Source: a virus. From it: DNA of 64,000 bases. Position 1 is the first letter of the stretch, and each line of letters opens with the position of its first letter. The translations under genes and the position numbers were made by a program. The notes under the pieces are model-generated. The model saw nothing but the letters and a program-made list of their open reading frames with translations, was not told the origin of the DNA and made no database searches. Shown here piece after piece: positions 58,901-64,000 of this stretch. The DNA is taken from UHGV virus genome UHGV-1364187, one strand, 5' to 3'.

Positions 58901-60011
58901 TACTAAATCAAATGATCCACTTAAAAATGCTAATAACGCTATTAATTCAAAAAATGCAACTTACAATGCATATAATACCCTTTCAGGAAAAGGTAAATCA
59001 AAAGATATTAGATATAACTCTGATATTAAGAAACCATCTAAGAGAATTAATAGAACTGTGTCTAGTAATAATGATTATTTAGAAGAAATAAATTATGGTA
59101 AAGGAATTGGAAAAGTAAACTTAGAAAAACTTAAGAAATTACCAAAAGTTCAAAAATTAATTTCAGAAGAGTTATCTAAAGCTGTTAAGAACAAGTCAAA
59201 AACTCCAGTATCTACAGCTGCAGCAAAAGTATATGCTAAGCTTAAAGCTTCTAAATTTACTGATGTAACAGATTCTGAAGGAAATTACATTGATTTCGTT
59301 GAACTTGAAAGAAACAATAATGCTACTCCTATTGTTGATGGTAAATTAAACTTAAGAGAATTTGATGCTGATGGGAAATTAATCGATTGGGATGCTGTAA
59401 ATGAGAAGAATGGTGTTGTTACAAAACAGGATGATACTCCAGTTATTGGAGAAGCTAATCCTATCTCTACAGTATTAAATACAATCTATAATAAACTTAC
59501 AGGGAATAATCAAGATACTGCTAAGAAAGAAGATCTTGATTCTGAAGGTAATAAAATAGATTGGAATGAAGTTGAGAAGAATAACAACATCGAGGTTAAG
59601 ATTCCTACTAATGCTTCTCAATTAACAGATCAACAATTGAAGAAGAAAGAAGCTGAGAATAATACTACTCAAACTAATACGACATCTACAAACAATAATA
59701 CAAAAGAACAACAGCAAATTGAGGCTCAACAAAAAGCTGTAGAAGCTAAACAAACTCAAGTTGATAATCAATTGACTGCATTAACTAATATAGCTAAATC
59801 TGTAGAGAGTATTTATAACTTAATATTATTATTAGTAAATAATGGTATAGATATTAAGAACTTAGCTGAAATTCTTAAAGCTATTGGTGTATCATCATGT
59901 GATGGAGGAAGCAATAATGCGTTCTTTATTCCACAAAATAATACACAATCATCAGATGCCCATAATGCCGATATGGAACTTCTAAGTAAACTTAAAGAAA
60001 TAGCTAAATAA
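49944..60011 (+). CDS. Giant virion-associated, tape-measure-like protein (3355 aa) with three C-terminal peptidoglycan-hydrolase-type domains
   Basis: AAAGGAGG RBS. Three Gly-rich hydrophobic repeats each ending ..Q(D/E)F(L/M)FG; a glycine-zipper segment (GLAGILNIGSGIVHGLGILGG). C39-like peptidase signature ADSGCGPTAAAMV (~aa 2393). Lytic transglycosylase motif ILAAIMMQETGG (~aa 2700). NlpC/P60 motif VKYVFGAE..DCSGFTQAVY..HVGICTG (~aa 2850). C-terminal coiled coil. Confidence 0.75.
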   Translation: MAQRTSLTKYAKNLVKSTKYATVDVVKELMPSATDFMETNNELFKDITSNIRNRRVIFKRVNDKVTQSKIYETVDEARKNIIEDIKSGNLYNKDPIRERRINKKSGMESMLGGFDDFSDFEFEMDDSFEFEDSDNAELADAFDDSNRTTSEMIANTIAKTSSNQIQSQRISSQMTMMQLQEGFTLVNSNLGGIGNAISELGNTMSSIQQTNAENAKTYYEKSTDLQANMVSYLKELVDMKKSEMGLDAKKDTSRGPKSYNDITTYEGMPDLRAYGNILASKLNDNLSMITGLNEMGIEGGNMSMQFAMSPLAFLPKMVVKKVMGVAVQNSAKALDNTLSNIFGTFISAMNDMADNSGYMSIKGMIGRFFGLNDTVKDERSIRTDYDKGNKSWNGKAEKALTEVIPTLISKILAVVSGANEMTYNYDNGKFTTVKQLRQDVKNRTTNEMNSAFYDIRNKMDEMMRSINFDFSDEDTKASFEKDYNRFFEYFFKSNNRFNPNKKNYEDYDGLGIDRGNFEIISTLFERLDPSLKMSMDSKKIRARGAINDYIDKLGQNSPVYTILNNDSKLTDVDKSVDGKSGGLLTASKDSLGHDIFWFLDNILKSIRDLNPDSEYNVNGKKRKKKRTKNITSTPIVPSSDKTSSAGNRKRYVSPDALTAESILYNRAEGTTISGIINNRLDIADEQRKLEEEEKTSIIDDLLDSPSLPAKAKAFMKRMKSTKEGARNGISGLLDTVNLKIYQAMYGNKKYKGKDVNGIIGVMMENIEESFTKFNTFLDEKILSPLKEKLDEQGGIKGILKNTLGIDVDSIKERFFGKDTLFGRTVQSIKDNFKSAYEYSKGAVKNTYNEIYDKLGGNRYNSRFNRVMNTIKYGKKNTQGMFIVDSDGQLNILNQVKKVKPSNVTEDGRLNTQEEASSVMEGQMSFLPKDEQQAIKEAANNMNVPVENIADAINKGNIEKYAKGGNIHKTKIVMVHDGEEIITKEEKRKRDRERAYDLRVKNNINKLNTEMSEDFVGPLPLKDQKIKDFLSGINEENLGTIKDSLGKDFKATTVETLRQEIIEAVGHKKGDPTLMETMKDTASDGINKVMSVLFGTDENGDEKADDLKERGKAAMKDIMGKFKEYLPSGISGALIGTLAGGVVGMPMIGAALGSSINLIRKSDKLQSYLFGDLDEEGKRIGNGKLPTKFVDAMNKYGPDMKKYGITGAITSILPFVPGGPVAGLLLGAGVGFAKNNAKVQDFLFGDMGILKGLKGSGEKLKKALPKMGLGAAALALTGPFGLLGNAMLGAGAGFVTQTNKFQEFMFGKDGKDKDGNPIKVGGFLPMIRDRVINPIKEFGSTLGDKVKTFVDEEIRKPFHKAMSPFIEEFKYQGKRLFDGIKDSISGAINNVFEKSVGKPLNELIEDKIVKPITGLFKKVFNFLGGIVGGILKFPTKIMSGAADSLRIKHLKQGRADYMSDEELGELKEKKPFDYLMATSGQRFINALNERGLFGSMKDLFTRDKDEVVTDEESVKEKKPTFREKVSGIVAKGLDSYNAKRLAITERVSSGYANTKEELRNAKQNLKTKAYQAAMNATDKLSASIEAGNRYSKVSSYRESETESEGDSTGSSEKRVDLRTRTPKIKSVKTQNVSLVNPEVDALKQQVKQLTTELAVMQKEKEENKDTSSDKSSEYIKDIRDEVRGQLDGVGYNIHTIANILVEQFGMPKIKATGAKVSRGNLKRKLWFERMFGFILNPVRKVKDSIHNLFWGKDGNGGLLGTPMRWVKKGFEKIGNIGTLIGKGLAGILNIGSGIVHGLGILGGIFKESLAAIAPAIGSLLKGAVKVLTLPIDLLSGAISGLGNMLGGLANGIGILAGKTIELVSLVPSLITNIGKLTIEVGKFAFKLVKKGAELITAPIRWMANGIIDIFRGKNKKNKKKEIKHIIEGGFLDKIKEPIDISGEQDRHDKLLSFFDDKFNKLFDLLSGTDNKKKSITNNITNKEEIEEDKPKLSTEELQKMSFSDYIRSGQSMSLDDLERYADARKNLMTTVKKPEQPANNGDVLKKSLYDIINDNRAGMKPSYDKPLNVQTEEQINMPTEFGVIRYDKDTSGELRPVQDSVYTQYKENQDNLAEHNSKMFNLLNTGDAEDDGKSTKKESWISKIAKNIGSVLMGGTLLKVVGAGLMAGAVYDLAKNGENSFVGKFVSFFSDKVLPKIVDFTINTAIPVLTDALLSLSEMILDRVTNPQKYSNPDHELSKANAKAKLSDGSYITDDGVYDKNGNWIMQSYTPTTTGSLIEKGWNKIAGNKIESWAKDTFGENSIGARLFSTNVLSTTIDDKEIENVSHKNSETTKTNKNKEETMSDSEFFSKAIFGKGKKKYGLGESFFSQNDPRWSNLPFNTENDTEAQTIADSGCGPTAAAMVADQYGRANPVEASAFALNNGYKEQNGGTDPRFFKDYFNKKGIDSDIDTDIDTNSDKKLSIINNLRKNKPVVLMGKSKGGNTPYGKEYPHYVVATGMRGDKIQINDPNSNHGGELYDANDTLRSSTISVKTGRGKKSKYGRVNMQAMLDTTMNVAGAVSGAVMPTSSTSSVARTVTNNFSSASGFATSSDGSLTEGKSALNFVTDLGTTFTKAIGEFFGVDMFSSNTASRDVGSYGSMGGSVQVGTAGQCFDANVAAQVINDFFKNSPKLSGKGATIVSIAQQACHKSANGQNPGIDPFILAAIMMQETGGNSNALNNKNNPGGVKGSNGLQVFSTIEDGIMAVAKIIHREWVVNGNSSIAGLGSIYCPVDAADDPNGLNKNWVGGVTKFYNQLVQAAIAAGGLLGTSDNMAISNMGTANNVAIQIVRIAKSYIGKVKYVFGAETPDKGVSDCSGFTQAVYRKVGLAIGRNTEAQITNKNIVKVSDSYNFKAQPGDLIFFKNTYNSGYIYGVSHVGICTGEGTKFIECNSSKGVCVSDYTSNYCKKYFLMIKRHTACVDKNAMYKTSQAQQTAKKANTTTATTTTKSNDPLKNANNAINSKNATYNAYNTLSGKGKSKDIRYNSDIKKPSKRINRTVSSNNDYLEEINYGKGIGKVNLEKLKKLPKVQKLISEELSKAVKNKSKTPVSTAAAKVYAKLKASKFTDVTDSEGNYIDFVELERNNNATPIVDGKLNLREFDADGKLIDWDAVNEKNGVVTKQDDTPVIGEANPISTVLNTIYNKLTGNNQDTAKKEDLDSEGNKIDWNEVEKNNNIEVKIPTNASQLTDQQLKKKEAENNTTQTNTTSTNNNTKEQQQIEAQQKAVEAKQTQVDNQLTALTNIAKSVESIYNLILLLVNNGIDIKNLAEILKAIGVSSCDGGSNNAFFIPQNNTQSSDAHNADMELLSKLKEIAK

Positions 60012-60017
60012 AAAAAT

Positions 60018-60056
60018 AATAATGTTGTGGAATAACCCAATTCCACAACATTATTA
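60018..60056 (+). terminator. Hairpin terminator (aatgttgtggaat-aaccca-attccacaacatt)
   Basis: 13-bp perfect stem immediately after the giant gene. Confidence 0.6.
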
Positions 60057-60058
60057 TA
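60047..60058 (+). promoter_or_regulatory. Late-promoter-like motif AACAttattaTA overlapping the terminator stem
   Basis: Pattern match only. Confidence 0.3.
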
Positions 60059-60083
60059 ATTAATATGAAAGTAGGTGATATAA

Positions 60084-61903
60084 TGGCTAAAGAACAAGTA
60101 AGTTATAGAGTAAGATTAAAAAATACAACTTGTGACTTATATGAAAATTTATCTAAAAAATCTAAAGTTGTAGCTACTATTAAAAACACCAAAGATTACA
60201 TTTGTTCTGTAACTGATGATACTAATGGAATGTGGTTCTATTTAGCTAATCCTGCAGGATGGATATATGGCGGAGATGTAACTATAGTTGCAAAAGGATC
60301 AACTCAAGAATTAATGAATCTAAAACCAGAAAATCAAAATAAACAAACTACAACAAATCAACCAGCCACTAAGACAAACCAATATACAAATAATACCGTA
60401 AAGAATATAAATGACGGTTCTACTAGTAGTACTAAAGGTGGTGGCGGAGTAAGTATGGACACTGGTCAATATACAGGAGATATGGATACTTCTGTAACAG
60501 GGACTGGTGTAAATGATATATCAACATTAGATCAATCTCAGTTTACATATGAAGCTGATCTTGATAAATATGATATTGGTGGCGATTTAGAATCTCAGTT
60601 AGATTTTAAAACAATTAAAGGTATATTTGGTATGCCATATCAATATTCTACAAGTGTAGATAGAAGACTAAGTGGAAAAAATGATGAAATGGAATATGGT
60701 AGAAAATTCTCAGAAAAAATTGTAATGAATGCTCCATTATTATTTATGACTCCTGGACGACCAGCTTTTATGGCTGGATATTCTGATGAATATAAAAGAA
60801 AGATAGCACAAAAGCTATACGGTATGGGATTAAATGATGATGAAGCATTATCTGATGTAAGTGATGGTAGATATTATACATTTGAATTTGCATATGATGA
60901 TTACTATACATATGTAAATCAAATGGTACAGAAAGCATCAGTTATGGCTGGAATAGGTGATGAGAAATTTGATGGTGTTCCATTAAAACGATATAATTGG
61001 GCTAATTATAAAAATGATAATTTAAAGACATTTATTAGTGGTAGTGAGTATGTGTGTTTTTATACAGAATTTGAGCCGCAAGTAAATGAATCATTTGGTA
61101 ATACTACTGGAGATAGTTCTATAGCAAGTACTATTAACCAGTTATCTGATTTAGGTAAAGAAGCTGCATTTTTAATGGGAGCTGGTGCTGGTATTGATTT
61201 GGATGCTGCTATTAAATCTGGATTAAATGAAAACTTAGAATCATTTACAAATTTCTTTAATAAATGGGGTGGAAGTGGAGTAGCATCTGTTGCTAATAAA
61301 TTGTTTAAAGGTGTTAGTACTTTAGCATTAGGTGGACATATAGCTTTCCCTGAAATTTGGAAAGACTCAGATTTCACACAATCATATAATATAACAGTAA
61401 AATTTGCATCTCCAGATGGAGATCCATATAGTCAATTCTTAAATGTATTAGTTCCATATTATCACTTATTAGGATTTATGCTTCCACAAGCATTAGGAGT
61501 AAATGATTATACATCTCCATTCTTAGTAAGAGCATCAATGGGTGGTGCATTTAATTGTGAAATGGGAATGATTACAAGTCTTGATGTAACAAAAGGTCCT
61601 ACATGGAATCAATATAATCTACCAATGGAAATGACTGTAAGTTTTACAATAAAAGATATGTACAAAACGATGTATATGACTAACACTGATAATGTATCAA
61701 AATTCTTAAAACATTCACAATTTGTAGATTTCTTATCTAATTCTGTAGGAGTAAATGTAAATATGCCAGAGATAGGTCGTACTTTAAATTATTATAAGAA
61801 TTTCTCTATTGATAGTAAAATTAATAACGCTGTAAATAATATTGGAAATAGTATGAATAATTTCTTATCAAATCAAGTATCCAAATTAAAGATATTATGG
61901 TAA
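60084..61903 (+). CDS. Structural (tail/baseplate?) protein with an N-terminal SH3b-like domain and a Thr/Asn-rich linker (~606 aa)
   Basis: Start chosen at MAKEQ (AGGTGA RBS). The N-terminus KVVATIKNTKDYICSVTDDTNGMWFYLANPAGWIYGGDV resembles a bacterial SH3 domain. Confidence 0.55.
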
Positions 61904-61943
61904 ATAATGAATATACCGATAACAATAGAATAATGTATCTCGA

Positions 61944-62735
61944 ATGATACATTATTCTAATTCTGTTTATGGAGGTGATATTACGAAAGCCAAAAATAGA
62001 AAACAAAAACAATTTGAATATGCTCAAAAATTTGGGCACATCCCTGTAAATTATAGAGATAGATTAGAGTGGATGTATGATGAATATAATATAAATGAGA
62101 TTAAAGCGAATAGGATATTACAAAAAAGAGATGCAATGCTCTGTAGTTTATTCTATCATGATATAGATTTAGTTTTATACCAATTACCAGAAGGTACACC
62201 TAGACCTAGATTTAGACTAGTTAATAGAACTAATATGATAGACTCTGCATTAACAAATGGTCAATTTGTTCATGTGTATAATTTATATGCTAAAGATGAT
62301 AGTATATATATGAATAAAATGGTAGAGACTGAAATTAGAAGTTTGGAACAGCTTATTTGTACACCTATTAATGTTGTATTTAATATATTTTTAAAGACAC
62401 CATCAGCTTTTAATATAGATGATATGTTTTTAGCAGAGATGGGGTTAATACGACCGATAGTCAAACCAGACTATGATAATCTAGCAAAAAAATATTCAGA
62501 TATGTCTAACCACAATATATGGTTAGATGATCAGATGGTTATGAGCGGAACAGTTAATAGATATTATTCCGTTCTACCAAGAATAGAAATAAATATAAGA
62601 TTCCTTAATATGCTTTATAATAATTATCAATATAAAGCTGTTAGTGGAAGAAAAGATTTCTCGGATTATAATTGTAATGTGGACTATTTTAAATACGGAG
62701 GGATAAATGATGCTAGCCAAATTATATACAAATAA
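61944..62735 (+). CDS. Hypothetical protein (263 aa)
   Basis: ORF. Confidence 0.5.
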   Translation: MIHYSNSVYGGDITKAKNRKQKQFEYAQKFGHIPVNYRDRLEWMYDEYNINEIKANRILQKRDAMLCSLFYHDIDLVLYQLPEGTPRPRFRLVNRTNMIDSALTNGQFVHVYNLYAKDDSIYMNKMVETEIRSLEQLICTPINVVFNIFLKTPSAFNIDDMFLAEMGLIRPIVKPDYDNLAKKYSDMSNHNIWLDDQMVMSGTVNRYYSVLPRIEINIRFLNMLYNNYQYKAVSGRKDFSDYNCNVDYFKYGGINDASQIIYK

Positions 62736-63135
62736 TAAAGTAGATACAATTTATAACTTAAAGATTATTATGATTAATTTTATATATTCAAAAGAAAACA
62801 TTACATTACTTATGCAATGTATTCAAGAAAGATTAGAATCTTCTTCTATCAATTTCTATCAGAATGATATGTCGATAAATGTAAGAATAAAGAAGATTAA
62901 TACTAAAAAGATTGTAGATTTTGTACATAACCCATTATTTTATTATAATTACTTATCAGATATTTTCATTGGATTTCTTAGTGCTAATATAGAAAATATC
63001 AAGAATAAGTATATTGAAATTTTTGGATATAATAAAGATGACATAGATTTCATAGAAGAACTATGTACAACACAAAACTATTGTCATCTTATCAATATTC
63101 TCACATTTAATAATAATATTATTATTAAATTATAA
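62707..63135 (+). CDS. Hypothetical protein (142 aa)
   Basis: ORF overlapping the upstream gene by 29 nt. Confidence 0.45.
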   Translation: MMLAKLYTNNKVDTIYNLKIIMINFIYSKENITLLMQCIQERLESSSINFYQNDMSINVRIKKINTKKIVDFVHNPLFYYNYLSDIFIGFLSANIENIKNKYIEIFGYNKDDIDFIEELCTTQNYCHLINILTFNNNIIIKL

Positions 63136-63145
63136 AAAATATCCC

Positions 63146-63178
63146 TATAGACTAAAATGTCTATAGGGATATTTTTTT
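63146..63178. terminator. Bidirectional terminator (atccctatagac-taaaat-gtctatagggat)
   Basis: 12-bp stem flanked by A6 and T8; lies between convergent genes. Confidence 0.7.
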
Positions 63179-63181
63179 TGT

Positions 63182-64000
63182 TTAGTGTGTTAATTCATTA
63201 TATACTGTTTCTATATATGATTTATCTACATTATCAAACTTTGCAGTATTAGTCATTTCTAGAAATGTGTACATAATAGTTGCTGTTTCGATAATTGATG
63301 GTAAATCTAATTTACTATCTTCTGTTAAGAATTGCTCCTTAATAAGATCATTCTTATAAGTAGATTCACAAATTTTATTTACCATAACTTCATAGATTGA
63401 TTTATCTCTTTTCTTAACTTTATTGATAGCATATTTACAATCGTTTTCATATAAATTGATTAAAGATTCTTTCACTGTTCCATCAATCTTTTCTTGTGTT
63501 GCTGCAATAATAGCTTCAATATGCTGACTATCTTTTTCATTTAGATCAATGAATTCTGCTTGTGCCTGTTGTACTCTATCAGCAATTTTATCTGCAATTT
63601 GATCAATAGTACCAAAGTCTACACTATCTAAGAATTTATTCTTATTCTCTTCATCAACTTTGATATTAATAATCTCATTACATTCACCTTTATCACATGC
63701 TTCTAAAATACTAGATACAGTTTTGTTAATTTGAAAAGCAACTTCTGATAAATATTCGCTATTTTTAGAGAAATTTTTAACGATATTATTAGCTCCATTC
63801 TCTTGAATATAGTTGTTAATCATACTGTATCGAATACCATTTTCATCATTAATATTTAAGTGTTCTAATGTAACTGTATACAGTTTATCCATAAATGCTG
63901 ATAGTAATGCTTCTCTAAGAACTGATGGTGCTTTGATTCTTAAATCCTGTCTCTTTTCTCGTGCGTATAATTTTTCTCTAAAATCTGCACTAGCTTGTTC
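63182..64000 (-). CDS. Hypothetical protein, 5'-partial (the ORF continues beyond the window end)
   Basis: The minus-strand frame stays open upstream of MDKLYT through nt 64000. Confidence 0.5.
   Translation of the reverse strand, partial: EQASADFREKLYAREKRQDLRIKAPSVLREALLSAFMDKLYTVTLEHLNINDENGIRYSMINNYIQENGANNIVKNFSKNSEYLSEVAFQINKTVSSILEACDKGECNEIINIKVDEENKNKFLDSVDFGTIDQIADKIADRVQQAQAEFIDLNEKDSQHIEAIIAATQEKIDGTVKESLINLYENDCKYAINKVKKRDKSIYEVMVNKICESTYKNDLIKEQFLTEDSKLDLPSIIETATIMYTFLEMTNTAKFDNVDKSYIETVYNELTH

Overview
The window reads as one contiguous piece of a large, very AT-rich (roughly 27% GC by eye) virulent phage genome, apparently a jumbo phage with its own multisubunit RNA polymerase. 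I could not confirm its identity without a database search. Most genes are tightly packed with strong AGGAGG-type ribosome-binding sites. The clearest features are: (i) RNAP genes in pieces: a full-length beta-like subunit (36073..40410, minus strand), plus an N-terminal and a C-terminal beta' fragment (8145..10147 and 13129..14364, minus strand). The N-terminal fragment is interrupted by an ORF-less group I intron. The two fragments sit in reversed order, with an HNH homing endonuclease and two other genes between them. (ii) An anaerobic ribonucleotide reductase operon (nrdD then nrdG). nrdD is interrupted by two group I introns, the first carrying a LAGLIDADG homing endonuclease. nrdG carries a duplicated N-terminal domain that also exists as a standalone upstream gene. 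(iii) A block of small genes of unknown function, mostly on the minus strand (about 19-31 kb). These are preceded by a recurring ~24-bp AT-rich motif (TTTCAATTATATATTATATATATG) that looks like an early promoter. (iv) A plus-strand block of probable late/virion genes (48.7-63 kb). It includes a 3355-aa tape-measure-like giant protein carrying C39-like, lytic transglycosylase and NlpC/P60 domains. These genes, and the beta gene, are preceded by an AACA-N6-TA motif. As I recall it, this matches the late-promoter consensus reported for Bacillus phage AR9 and its non-virion RNAP, so the element may be PBS1/AR9-like. (v) An iteron-rich, palindrome-rich non-coding region (32962..33660) with a duplicated 36-bp GC-rich box, a candidate replication origin. 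Other items: a Kelch-repeat protein and a Listeria-Bacteroides-repeat protein; RNase H; two Bro-N proteins; a second HNH endonuclease; and a nucleoside-2-deoxyribosyltransferase-like gene interrupted by an in-frame TGA just upstream of nrdD. No tRNA, rRNA or CRISPR array was seen. All functional calls are from motif recognition by eye; none was checked against a database.
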